The notes: generated from the sequence alone by a model not told the origin. A stretch of DNA of 64,000 nt from an uncultured Candidatus Saccharibacteria bacterium (GCA_964574655.1 CAZNOH010000001.1:201852-265851), one strand, 5' to 3'; shown: positions 46,579-55,866, numbered from the stretch's first letter. A program made the numbers and translations.

Positions 46579-47322
46579 ATGAAACTTTCGATAATCATTC
46601 CGGCATATAATGAAGAAAAAAGAATAACAATAACTTTAAATTCTATTAAAGAATATTTGAATAAGCAAGATTATGATTGGGAAGCTATTGTTGTTGATGA
46701 TGGAAGCAAAGACAAGACTCGTGAAGTTGTGAAAAATCTTGATGGTTTTGTTTTGAATGAAAAAAGAGAAAATAAAGGCAAGGGTTATTCAATAAAAGAA
46801 GGGATGCTTTTGGCATCAGGGGATTTTTGTCTTTTTATGGATGCTGATAATGCAACAAAAATCAATGAATTAGATCATTTTTGGAAATATTTTGATCCTC
46901 CTGCGTCCCGAGGGACTTCGGAGGACAAGTCCGATTATGATGTTGTGATTGGTTCTCGTGATATTAAAGGATCAAAGTTAGCAGTGTCTCAAGCTTGGTA
47001 TAAAGAGCTGGCTGGAAAAATCGGTAATTTGTTGATTCAAATCGTAGCCTTGCCTGGTATTCATGATACTCAATGCGGATTTAAGATTTTTAAGCGAGAA
47101 GTTGTGAGAGATGTTTTTCCAATCCAGAAATTAGGCGGATGGGGATTTGATGTTGAAATTTTGGCATTAGCCAAAAAGTTTGGTTATAAAATAAAAGAAG
47201 AGCCGATAACTTGGTTTAATGCTGCTGGAAGCAAAGTAAGTACGGGAGATTATTTGAAAGTTTTTTCTGACCTATTTAAAGTGAGATGGTGGCTGTGGAC
47301 GAATAAATATAAAAAAATGTAG
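46579..47322 (+). CDS. Family 2 glycosyltransferase (dolichyl/polyprenyl-phosphate glycosyltransferase-like)
   Basis: SIIIPAYNEEKRI, DDGSKDKT and a DAD motif. Confidence 0.7.
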   Translation: MKLSIIIPAYNEEKRITITLNSIKEYLNKQDYDWEAIVVDDGSKDKTREVVKNLDGFVLNEKRENKGKGYSIKEGMLLASGDFCLFMDADNATKINELDHFWKYFDPPASRGTSEDKSDYDVVIGSRDIKGSKLAVSQAWYKELAGKIGNLLIQIVALPGIHDTQCGFKIFKREVVRDVFPIQKLGGWGFDVEILALAKKFGYKIKEEPITWFNAAGSKVSTGDYLKVFSDLFKVRWWLWTNKYKKM

Positions 47323-47347
47323 AGACGAGGCAATGTCTCGTCTTTAC
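47319..47347. repeat. GTAGAGACG hairpin element, copy 4
   Basis: gtagagacgaggCAATgtctcgtctttac. Confidence 0.6.
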
Positions 47348-47366
47348 AAAGTTTTAAAGTATTGCT

Positions 47367-47831
47367 ATGTTTCAAAGTTTTCCGCCAGTGATTAAGGCGA
47401 TCTTGATATCAATTTTTGGCGATATTAAGATTGTTGTTCCTTTTTATGCTACTCAAGATGTTTTGTCTTGGTGGAATGTATTGATGGTTTCAGCAATTGG
47501 CAATTCTATTTCAGCAGTTTTTCTTTTAACAGTTTTGGTTTTGTTATCAGATTTTTTGAGACGTAAATTTGTTTTTTGGGAGAAATTCTTTTCAAAACTT
47601 TTTAAAAATACAAAATTAAAACATAAGAAAAATTTTGATAAATGGGGTATATTAGCAGTTCTTTTAGCGGCAGCAATTCCTTTGCCTGGTTTTGGCGGAT
47701 GGACGGCTTCGATAGTGGCATTTGTTTTTGGAATAAAATATAGAAAAGCAGTGCTATTTATTATCTTGGGTATTATTTTAGAAGCTGGAATTATGACTTT
47801 AATCAGTTTTGGGATTAAGAATATATTTTAA
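47367..47831 (+). CDS. Small integral membrane protein, hypothetical
   Basis: Four predicted TM helices. Confidence 0.4.
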   Translation: MFQSFPPVIKAILISIFGDIKIVVPFYATQDVLSWWNVLMVSAIGNSISAVFLLTVLVLLSDFLRRKFVFWEKFFSKLFKNTKLKHKKNFDKWGILAVLLAAAIPLPGFGGWTASIVAFVFGIKYRKAVLFIILGIILEAGIMTLISFGIKNIF

Positions 47832-47878
47832 CGAGCGCTGATTTTACGCTGATTTTTAACGCTGATTTGACGCTGATA
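47832..47878. repeat. Post-stop ACGCTGAT array (4 units; spacings 11, 13 and 11 bp)
   Basis: cgaGCGCTGATtttACGCTGATttttaACGCTGATttgACGCTGATa. Confidence 0.7.
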
Positions 47879-47930
47879 TTTATTTTTTATGATGGCTGGC
47901 ATGAATTCAAGTTTAAATTTTTAAAATGTT

Positions 47931-48692
47931 ATGCGAAATAAATTAATAGTTGGCAATTGGAAAATGAATTTAACTTTGGAAGAAGCTCGAAGGTTGACTT
48001 TGGATGTTAGGCAAGGATTAACAAATTTAAGTGAAAAAGTGGAAGTTGCAGTTTGTCCTTCCTTTGTTCACTTGGCTAATGTTCATTATCAATTGCCTTC
48101 TAGTATAAAATTAGGGGCTCAGGATGTGTTTTGGAAAGGAAATGGAGCTTATACTGGCGAGATTTCTTGTGATCAACTTTTGGATTTAGGCTGTTCTTAT
48201 GTAATTGTTGGTCATTCTGAAAGAAGAAAAAATCTGAAAGAAACAGATGTTATAATTAACGATAAAGTCTTAGAATGTTTGAGAAAAGGTTTGAAGCCAA
48301 TAATTTGTGTTGGAGAAACAAAAGACGAAAAAGAAAAAGGAATGACAGAGGAAAAAGTGACACAGCAAGTTGAAGTAGCTTTAGAAGGTGTGAAAAGTAA
48401 GGATGTCGTGAATGTAACAATAGCCTATGAACCAATCTGGGCAATAGGATCAGGAAATTCTGCTGAACCATCCGATGCTCAAGCTGTAATTTTTAGAATA
48501 AGAGATATTTTGAGAAATAATTATTCAGAAAAAGAATCAGAAATGATAAGGATTTTGTATGGGGGAAGTGTAGATCCGCAAAATGTTGCGTCTTTTGTTT
48601 TGGAAAAAGATATTGATGGCGTGTTGGTTGGTGGAGCGAGTATTAAAGCTAATGAATTTGTGGGAATTGTAAAACAGGTTTTAAAAATCTAA
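47931..48692 (+). CDS. tpiA: Triosephosphate isomerase
   Basis: VGNWKMN and IVGHSERR, with the AYEPIWAIGSG motif. Confidence 0.9.
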   Translation: MRNKLIVGNWKMNLTLEEARRLTLDVRQGLTNLSEKVEVAVCPSFVHLANVHYQLPSSIKLGAQDVFWKGNGAYTGEISCDQLLDLGCSYVIVGHSERRKNLKETDVIINDKVLECLRKGLKPIICVGETKDEKEKGMTEEKVTQQVEVALEGVKSKDVVNVTIAYEPIWAIGSGNSAEPSDAQAVIFRIRDILRNNYSEKESEMIRILYGGSVDPQNVASFVLEKDIDGVLVGGASIKANEFVGIVKQVLKI

Positions 48693-48838
48693 TGTCCAAG
48701 AAACAAGAAACAAACAAATCTCAAATTAAAATAACCAATTACCAAACTCGTCGTCGAAGGGTTTGATTATTGGTTATTGAATATTGGAATTTGTTTGTAT
48801 TTTGTATCTTGGTTATTAAATCTTATTTATAAATCATT

Positions 48839-49678
48839 ATGATAGTTTCATCACAAATCTTGTTAAAAAAGGCACAGCAAGGTCATTATGCAATTGGTGC
48901 TTTTAATACTTCTGATTTAGAAATTACAAAAGGAATTGTGGTAGCAGCTGAAGAGTTGAATGCGCCAATAATTTTGCAGACTTCTGAAGGCGAAATAAAG
49001 CATGCAGGATCTGAAGTATTTTTTGATTCAATGAAAATTTTTGCTGAGAAATCAAAAGCACAAATTAATTTAAATTTAGATCATGGAAAAAGTTTTGAAA
49101 TGTGCAAATGGGCAGTAGATAGCGGTTATAATTCTGTAATGATTGATGGATCTAGATTATTTTTAGATGAAAATATAAAACTAACAAAACAAGTCGTTGA
49201 TTACGCGCATTCTAAAAGCGTAGTTGTTGAAGGCGAGATTGGTCTTGTTCCTACTCCTAGCAAAGGCGAAGATGTTAGAATTTTAAAAGCTGATTCAGTT
49301 GAATGCAAAAAATTTATAGAAGAAACTGGTGTTGATTTTTTAGCAGTTGGCATTGGTAATGTTCATGGTGAAAATAAAGGTCAGCCAGTTTTGGATTTTG
49401 AAAGATTAAAAGAAATTAAAGAAGTCGTTGATGTGCCTTTAGTGTTACATGGCGGATCAGGTATTTCTGATGATGATATAAAAAAAGCTGTGTCTTTAGG
49501 AATTTGTAAGATTAATGTTAATACGGAATTGCGTCAGGCTTTTGCTAAGGCTTTGCGGGAAACTTTGGAAGATAAAGATGTAATCAAGCCTTATGATATT
49601 ATGGATCCGGTTGAGGATCGTATTAAAGAAGTTGTAATGAAAAAGATTGAAATTTTTGGAAGTAAAAATAAGGCGTAG
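48839..49678 (+). CDS. fba: Class II fructose/tagatose-bisphosphate aldolase
   Basis: GAFN, LDHG and VLHGGSG motifs. Confidence 0.85.
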   Translation: MIVSSQILLKKAQQGHYAIGAFNTSDLEITKGIVVAAEELNAPIILQTSEGEIKHAGSEVFFDSMKIFAEKSKAQINLNLDHGKSFEMCKWAVDSGYNSVMIDGSRLFLDENIKLTKQVVDYAHSKSVVVEGEIGLVPTPSKGEDVRILKADSVECKKFIEETGVDFLAVGIGNVHGENKGQPVLDFERLKEIKEVVDVPLVLHGGSGISDDDIKKAVSLGICKINVNTELRQAFAKALRETLEDKDVIKPYDIMDPVEDRIKEVVMKKIEIFGSKNKA

Positions 49679-49781
49679 ATATTTGGGATATTACTGATAT
49701 TAAGATATTCGGAAATTATTACCCAACTTTAGTTGGGGTTCGGTAAGCTTTAGTTTGCAGATATTTTAAGTAGTAAAAAAT

Positions 49782-50156
49782 ATGAATATCGAAAAAAAAG
49801 GGAAAGAATTATATAGCCAATATGAAACTACAAGAAGAATGATGGAGTCATCCAAATTTTATGCTGACGTATATAATCAATGGAAAGGTTGTACAGGTTT
49901 TGGCGGTAGAACGAAAGATTGGGTTCAAGAACTAAAGCCGATGACACAATATGAAGAAAGAATTAGAGCTACAGCTGATCAGGAAGAAGCACAAATAATT
50001 CTTGATTTAAGCGATCCAGAAAGGGTTGTAGCTTATAATCAACTCGTTGATGAATTTAATGCTGACTTAGAAAGGATTCGAGAAACTAAAGATCAAAAAG
50101 CAGCCCAAGATTATATGTCTAAAGCAATAGCTATAATTTATAATCAATCAAAGTAA
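49782..50156 (+). CDS. Hypothetical protein
   Basis: 124-aa ORF. Confidence 0.35.
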   Translation: MNIEKKGKELYSQYETTRRMMESSKFYADVYNQWKGCTGFGGRTKDWVQELKPMTQYEERIRATADQEEAQIILDLSDPERVVAYNQLVDEFNADLERIRETKDQKAAQDYMSKAIAIIYNQSK

Positions 50157-50196
50157 AAGTATTTGCGATTGCCTTTAATCAAAAGTATTAGAAAAT

Positions 50197-50288
50197 TCTA
50201 CCTGGCTTTAGCCAAGGGGTTGGAGAGCCTTAGCTCTCATTTCTTGTGAACTAAAGTTCATGAACCCCTTGGCTAAAGCCAGGTAGAA
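50197..50288 (+). repeat. 92-nt three-hairpin palindromic element, copy 1 (ncRNA or MITE-like candidate)
   Basis: A perfect 26-bp outer inverted repeat (ttctacctggctttagccaaggggtt / aaccccttggctaaagccaggtagaa) encloses two inner hairpins, gagagc-ctta-gctctc and tgaact-aa-agttca. Confidence 0.6.
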
Positions 50289-50303
50289 ATATCTGAATTT
50301 AGT

Positions 50304-51350
50304 ATGACCAAAACAAATTTTTTAGAATTGATAAATTTTTTACAAAAAAACCATAAAGTCTATGGGCCGGTTTTGGATAGGTCTGGCAGATTATTAGTAA
50401 AAGAAATTAAGGATCCAGAAAAAATAATTTTGAATGGCAGATTAACACATTATTCTTTTAAAAATTTATTTTTGCCATCTCATGAAACTTTATTTGATTA
50501 TGATCATCAAAAATTGAAAGAGCCAAATTTAAGCTATAAAAAACAAGCAATTGTTGGAATGACAATATCCGATTTGGAGGCTTTAGAATTATATGATCAA
50601 GTATTCGTAAAAGATCCATATTATCAGGAAAGACGAAGACAGACTTTAGTTATTGGATATAGTTTAGCGGGTAAAAAAAGTTTTTCTGAGGAATTAATTT
50701 ATGAACAGCAGTTTGAAGAAGATATTTTAGAACATGTGAAGTTTGATGTGTTTTGCGAATTGCGCGAATCTGGAACGAATGACACTAATAATTCTAGTGA
50801 TTTTTGTAAGGTTTTTGCTGGATCGGAGAATGGAATTAAGATTTTGGATGGATTTGGGTATAAGGATTATGAAAATATAAAATATGTTGGGCCAATTAGA
50901 GAACCCGCCTTTGCTTCCGAAGAGGCTGTGGTGGGCAAGGGAGGGTTGGATAAGACAATGATGGCGGTTTATAATAAAATGAGAAAAGGCTATGCCAAAA
51001 AAGTTTGGGAAGATATTGGAAAAAGGTGTATAGAGTGCGGACAATGTACTCTGGTTTGTCCAACTTGTTATTGTTTTAGAATTGATGATGAGCCAAGCTT
51101 GGATAGAGGAAAAGGCAAAAGAGTAAGATGCTGGGATGCTTGTATGTATCATGAATTTTCGGAAATTTCTGGAAAGACAAGATTATTAAAAAGTACTGAA
51201 CAGAGGATGTGGTTTTGGTTTTATCATAAATTTGTTAGAATTCCAGAAAAATATAAAATACCAGGATGTGTTAAATGTGGAAGATGCTCTCGTGTTTGTC
51301 CGGTTGATATTGATTTTATGAAGGTGCTACAAGACATTTTGAAGAGTTGA
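50304..51350 (+). CDS. Group-3 [NiFe] hydrogenase (sulfhydrogenase-type) beta subunit, a 2x[4Fe-4S] protein (AsrA-like)
   Basis: CIECGQCTLVCPTCYC and CVKCGRCSRVCP cluster motifs. Gene context with the gamma and NiFe subunit genes. Confidence 0.6.
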   Translation: MTKTNFLELINFLQKNHKVYGPVLDRSGRLLVKEIKDPEKIILNGRLTHYSFKNLFLPSHETLFDYDHQKLKEPNLSYKKQAIVGMTISDLEALELYDQVFVKDPYYQERRRQTLVIGYSLAGKKSFSEELIYEQQFEEDILEHVKFDVFCELRESGTNDTNNSSDFCKVFAGSENGIKILDGFGYKDYENIKYVGPIREPAFASEEAVVGKGGLDKTMMAVYNKMRKGYAKKVWEDIGKRCIECGQCTLVCPTCYCFRIDDEPSLDRGKGKRVRCWDACMYHEFSEISGKTRLLKSTEQRMWFWFYHKFVRIPEKYKIPGCVKCGRCSRVCPVDIDFMKVLQDILKS

Positions 51351-51467
51351 AAATCAGCTGAATTGATTTTAGAGTTTTGCTAAATAATTTAGTGTTAAAT
51401 TGTTCAATTGCTAGATTGTTAACGTAAAATCGTTGTAGCAATTTAACAATGTAGCAATTTAACAATT

Positions 51468-52310
51468 TTGATGTTTAATCCATATCAAACAAAATTGGTT
51501 GTAATAAAAAGAGTAATTAAAGAATCTTCTGATGTAAAAAGATTTGTTTTGGAATTTGAAAATAAGTTAGATAAAGAAAATTTTGATTTTATACCAGGAC
51601 AGTTTATTAAGGTTTCAATTCCAGGCTTATGCGATGCGCCGTTTACTTTTGGTTCTAGTCCAAAAAATAGAGATAATTTTGAAATTGCAGTTAGGGGAGT
51701 TGGAAATTTGACCAATTTTCTGAATAGAATGCAAATAGGACAAAAAATAGGAATAAGAGGACCGTATGGAAATGGTTTTCCAATGGATTTAATTAAGAAA
51801 AGAAATACTTTGATTGTGTCTGGCGGTTGTGGTTTTGTGCCTTTTAAATCGATGATAGAAGATTATCTAATTGACAAAAAAAGTTATAAATCTAAGTTCC
51901 AAATTTTTTACGGAGCGAGGTCTTTTGACGAGCTGTTGTTTAAAAGAGATTTTGAAAAATGGGAAAGTAGCGGTATAGATTTAAAGATAACTGTTGATAA
52001 GAATGATGAGAAGTGTGATATTTCTAAATATGGTTGCAATGTTGGTTTGGTAACTGAATTAATTAAAAATGAGGATTTGGTAGAAAAACCAGTTGTCTTG
52101 GTTTGTGGTCCGTCAATAATGGTAAAATTTGTAGTAATGGAATTAGATAAACTGTCTATCCCCCATTCTGATATTTTTGTTTCGTTAGAGGGAAGAATGG
52201 AATGCGGAATAGGAGTGTGTGAGCATTGCGCAATTGGTCCTTATTATGTTTGCAAAGATGGACCAGTGTTTAGTTGGGATAAGATTGAATGGATTCCAAA
52301 CATAGTTTGA
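51468..52310 (+). CDS. Hydrogenase gamma subunit: FAD/NAD(P)-binding oxidoreductase with a C-terminal [2Fe-2S] (AsrB/PyrK-like)
   Basis: FNR-like fold (RxYS-type motif, GGCG) and a C-terminal CGIGVCEHCAIG. Confidence 0.6.
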   Translation: MMFNPYQTKLVVIKRVIKESSDVKRFVLEFENKLDKENFDFIPGQFIKVSIPGLCDAPFTFGSSPKNRDNFEIAVRGVGNLTNFLNRMQIGQKIGIRGPYGNGFPMDLIKKRNTLIVSGGCGFVPFKSMIEDYLIDKKSYKSKFQIFYGARSFDELLFKRDFEKWESSGIDLKITVDKNDEKCDISKYGCNVGLVTELIKNEDLVEKPVVLVCGPSIMVKFVVMELDKLSIPHSDIFVSLEGRMECGIGVCEHCAIGPYYVCKDGPVFSWDKIEWIPNIV

Positions 52311-52411
52311 AGTAAAAATTAAAAAGTAAAAAGGTAAAGGTTGCAAGTAAAAAGTAAAAAGTTACGCGACGATTTTTTTACTTTTTAATTTTAACTTTTG
52401 ACTTTTTTAAC

Positions 52412-53695
52412 ATGTGTTTAACAATGCCTGGAAAAGTAAGTAAAATTAATGGAAACTTTGCGATAGTTGAGGGAAATTTTGGATTGAGAAGTGTCAATAT
52501 TATGGCATTAGGAAAAATTAAGATTGGTGATTGGCTTTTGGCGACAACTGGTTTAGCTGTTAAAAAAATTAATGAAAACGAGGCGCAGGAATTAATTGAT
52601 TTATTGAAAAGTCATGATGCGGTTGACAGCAACAAGATAGATAAAAAATTATTGAATGTTTTAGAAAATGCAAGAAAAAGGAATTTGAATAGAGACGAGA
52701 TTGTTTTTTTATTAAGTTTAAAAAAAAAGAAAGATATTGAGGCTTTGTTTTCAGAAGCTGATGTGATTAGAAAAAGTTATTTAAAAGATTTTATATGCAT
52801 TCATGGCATAATTGAATTTTCAAATTATTGTGAGAATAATTGTTCATATTGCGGATTGAGATTTGAAAATAAGAAATTAAAAAGATACAGAATGTCTTTT
52901 AAGGAGATTGTTGAAGTAATTGATGAAGCAGTAAATAAAATAGGTTATAAAATGTTGGTATTGCAGAGCGGAGTTGATAAAGGATGGAGCGATGCGAAAT
53001 TAATTGAATTAATAAAATTGATTAAAAAAAAGCATCGAGTTTTTATTCTGATAAGTATTGGTGAACGGAGTTTGGAATGTTATAGAAAGATGAAAAAAGC
53101 AGGAGCTGATGGAGTTTTGTTTAGATTTGAGACAGCAAATAAAGATCTTTATCACAAATTGCATTTATCTAAGACATTGAAAGGCAATTTTAAGAAGCGA
53201 TTAAAATTAATTGGTGAATTAAAGAAAATGGGTTATTATATTTCTTCAGGGTCAATGATTGGATTACCTGGTCAAACAATTGGTGATTTGGCAAACGATG
53301 TTTTAATGATGAAAAAGTTGAAAGTAGGAATGGTCTCAATGGGTCCCTTTGTCCCATGTAAAAATACTCCATTTGAGAAAGAAAAAAAAGCTGAAACGAT
53401 GTTGAGTTTGAAAATGATAGCTATTTGTCGTATTTTAATGAAAGAAGCAAGGATACCAATTACTTCTGCTTTAGAGACAATTGGAGGCGAAGAGATTAGG
53501 AAAAAAGGATTGAGCTGTGGTGCGAATTCATTGATGTTCAATCTAACACCGCAAAAATATAGAAAAGATTATAAAATTTACAATAACAAATTTTATGGGA
53601 GAAACAAGAAATTAGAGAGAGCAGCTTTATTTCAGAATGAAGATAGCTGGAGGATGATCGAGCAAGAGTTTAGAAAAAAAATAGATAAATTTTGA
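52412..53695 (+). CDS. Fusion protein: N-terminal HypC/HupF-type [NiFe]-hydrogenase chaperone domain (about 75 aa) plus a radical-SAM HydE [FeFe]-hydrogenase maturase
   Basis: Starts MCLTMPGKV..GDWLL..G.A..KINENEA (the HypC signature with Cys2). The rest aligns along its length with HydE: IIEFSNYCENNCSYCGLR, KRYRM, LQSG, ETAN, GSMIGLPGQT, MGPFVP, CGANS. Confidence 0.7.
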   Translation: MCLTMPGKVSKINGNFAIVEGNFGLRSVNIMALGKIKIGDWLLATTGLAVKKINENEAQELIDLLKSHDAVDSNKIDKKLLNVLENARKRNLNRDEIVFLLSLKKKKDIEALFSEADVIRKSYLKDFICIHGIIEFSNYCENNCSYCGLRFENKKLKRYRMSFKEIVEVIDEAVNKIGYKMLVLQSGVDKGWSDAKLIELIKLIKKKHRVFILISIGERSLECYRKMKKAGADGVLFRFETANKDLYHKLHLSKTLKGNFKKRLKLIGELKKMGYYISSGSMIGLPGQTIGDLANDVLMMKKLKVGMVSMGPFVPCKNTPFEKEKKAETMLSLKMIAICRILMKEARIPITSALETIGGEEIRKKGLSCGANSLMFNLTPQKYRKDYKIYNNKFYGRNKKLERAALFQNEDSWRMIEQEFRKKIDKF

Positions 53696-53699
53696 GTAT

Positions 53700-55070
53700 A
53701 TGCTAATAATAGATCAGAGAAAAATTAAAGAGTTTTTAGATAATAAGAAAAACGTAGATGAAGATGAGGCAAAGCAGATTGTTAAAAAAGCAAAAAAAAA
53801 GAAAGGTCTTAATTTAGCAGAAGTGGCGATTTTATTGAATGTTAATGATGAGAAGTTAATTGCTGAAATGTTTAAGGCGGCGATTGAAATAAAAAAAGCG
53901 ATATATGGGAATAGATTGGTTCTATTTGCGCCACTATATATTTCGAACTATTGCGTTAATGATTGTGAATATTGTAGCTTTCATATTCGAAACAAAGCGT
54001 CAAGAAAAAAATTAACCTTGGATGAGGTTAGAAAACAAGTTGAAATTTTGGAAGATATGGGCCACAAGAGACTGCTTTTAGAATTTGGCGAAGATCCCAT
54101 TAATAATCCAATTGATTATGTGGTTGATGTAATAAAAACAATATATAATGTAAAAAGGGGTAATGGATCGATTAGAAGAGTGAATATTAATATAGCAGCA
54201 ACAACCGTCGAAAATTATAAAAAAATAAAAGAAGCTGGAATTGGAACTTACCAGCTTTTTCAAGAAACTTATCATCAACCAACCTATAAAAAATTGCATT
54301 GCGGTCCTAAAGCTGACTATGAACGGCAAATTACGGCTTTAGATCGAGCTTTTCAAGCGGGAATTGATGATTTAGGAATCGGTGTTTTATTCGGACTTTA
54401 TGATTATAAATTTGAAGTTTTAAGTTTGCTAATGCATGCCCAATATCTGGAAAAGAAGAATGGCGTAGGGCCTCATACAATTTCCGTACCGAGATTTCAG
54501 TCTGCAATGACTGTTGATTATAAGTCTAGATATAAAGTTTCCGATAAAGCTTTTTTAAAACTAGTAGCGATCTTGAGAATGGCAGTCCCATATACGGGAA
54601 TAATAATGTCAACCAGGGAAACTCCAGAGATTCGTAGAAAAGCGTTTGAAATTGGCGTATCACAAACTAGTGCAGGATCAAAAACTGCGCCAGGAGGATA
54701 TCTGAAAAAATCAAAAACTAGTGATTTGCAACAATTTTCTTTGCATGATAAAAGGTCACTGGATGAAGTTGTTTGTGATATTTGCGGGCTTGGATATTTA
54801 CCAAGTTTTTGCACAGCATGTTATCGTGTCGGGCGGACAGGCGATCAATTTATGGAATATGCAAAATCAGGAAAAATTCAGAGATTTTGTCAACCTAACG
54901 CGATAATGACTTTAAAGGAATATTTAGTTGATTATGCATCAAAAGATACAAAGAAAGCAGGTGAAGAATTGATTAATAGTGAATTAAAAAAGATGGATGT
55001 GAAAAAAAGAGCTTTGTTTAAGAGAAAGCTAAAATTGATCGAACAAGGAAAGAGGGATATATATATTTAG
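53700..55070 (+). CDS. Radical-SAM HydG (tyrosine lyase producing CO/CN ligands), [FeFe]-hydrogenase maturase type
   Basis: N-terminal PLYISNYCVNDCEYC (CX3CX2C) and a C-terminal CTACYRVGRTGDQFMEYAKSGKIQRFC, which is an exact CX2CX22C auxiliary-cluster motif. That motif separates HydG from ThiH. Confidence 0.7.
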   Translation: MLIIDQRKIKEFLDNKKNVDEDEAKQIVKKAKKKKGLNLAEVAILLNVNDEKLIAEMFKAAIEIKKAIYGNRLVLFAPLYISNYCVNDCEYCSFHIRNKASRKKLTLDEVRKQVEILEDMGHKRLLLEFGEDPINNPIDYVVDVIKTIYNVKRGNGSIRRVNINIAATTVENYKKIKEAGIGTYQLFQETYHQPTYKKLHCGPKADYERQITALDRAFQAGIDDLGIGVLFGLYDYKFEVLSLLMHAQYLEKKNGVGPHTISVPRFQSAMTVDYKSRYKVSDKAFLKLVAILRMAVPYTGIIMSTRETPEIRRKAFEIGVSQTSAGSKTAPGGYLKKSKTSDLQQFSLHDKRSLDEVVCDICGLGYLPSFCTACYRVGRTGDQFMEYAKSGKIQRFCQPNAIMTLKEYLVDYASKDTKKAGEELINSELKKMDVKKRALFKRKLKLIEQGKRDIYI

Positions 55071-55191
55071 AATTCATTATTTGTAAAATGAAGACGAAAT
55101 TTAATGTCCAATCTAAGTAAAAAATAGCAATGTTTTTTATGATTTTGTAAATAAGCGTTCTTTTTAAATTTCAAGGTAAAGGAGGAGAAAG

Positions 55192-55866
55192 ATGAGCAGC
55201 AATGATGGTTTGATTGAAGCAGCAAGATTTTCGTGGAATTGTTGTCCAGAAAATAGAGTTCTTTGCGATGGATTATACGGCTTTGTTGGAGGAAATGGCG
55301 GGCATGATGTTGCATGGATTCGAGGTCAACTAAAAAGTCTTTATTCATATTTTTATTATCTGTTGATTGCTAGGCAAAATGGAATTTCTGATCCTTTTGA
55401 TTTGCGAGTTGTTCAGGCACATTGGATTGGCAATGATTTGTTGAGGGTTGTGAAAGCTAGCGATGTTAAAGAATTATTATCAGCTACTAAAGAATTGAGC
55501 GCATTGCCGAGAGAAAAAGAAACGATGATGAGGTGGTTATTGAGCAAGCTTGTAAAATTAGGATCTTATCCTCATCATAGTTTTTATGCAACTGTTTATG
55601 AAAAGTTGAATCCCGCACTTGTCCGTCAAGGAAAAAGATGTTTTATAGACTGCGGCAAAGTGTTGGAATTGGAAGACGATCATTTTCTTATCGAAGTCAA
55701 TGGAGTTACGAGAAAATGCGGTTATGGTTTTCTGAAAGGAAAGATTGAAGTTGGAGATTTGGTTTTTATCCATTTGAATGAGGGTTGCAGGGTTGCAACT
55801 TTAGATGAAAAAACAAAATTAGATGATTGGTTTGTTGCTACAGAATGTACATTAAGGTTGCTTTAA
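55192..55866 (+). CDS. Hypothetical hydrogenase-cluster protein with 9 Cys; the C-terminal part has a weak HypC-barrel-like pattern
   Basis: Strong SD aaaggaggagaaag. Position between hydG and the NiFe small-subunit gene. No P-loop, so it is not HydF. Confidence 0.4.
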   Translation: MSSNDGLIEAARFSWNCCPENRVLCDGLYGFVGGNGGHDVAWIRGQLKSLYSYFYYLLIARQNGISDPFDLRVVQAHWIGNDLLRVVKASDVKELLSATKELSALPREKETMMRWLLSKLVKLGSYPHHSFYATVYEKLNPALVRQGKRCFIDCGKVLELEDDHFLIEVNGVTRKCGYGFLKGKIEVGDLVFIHLNEGCRVATLDEKTKLDDWFVATECTLRLL

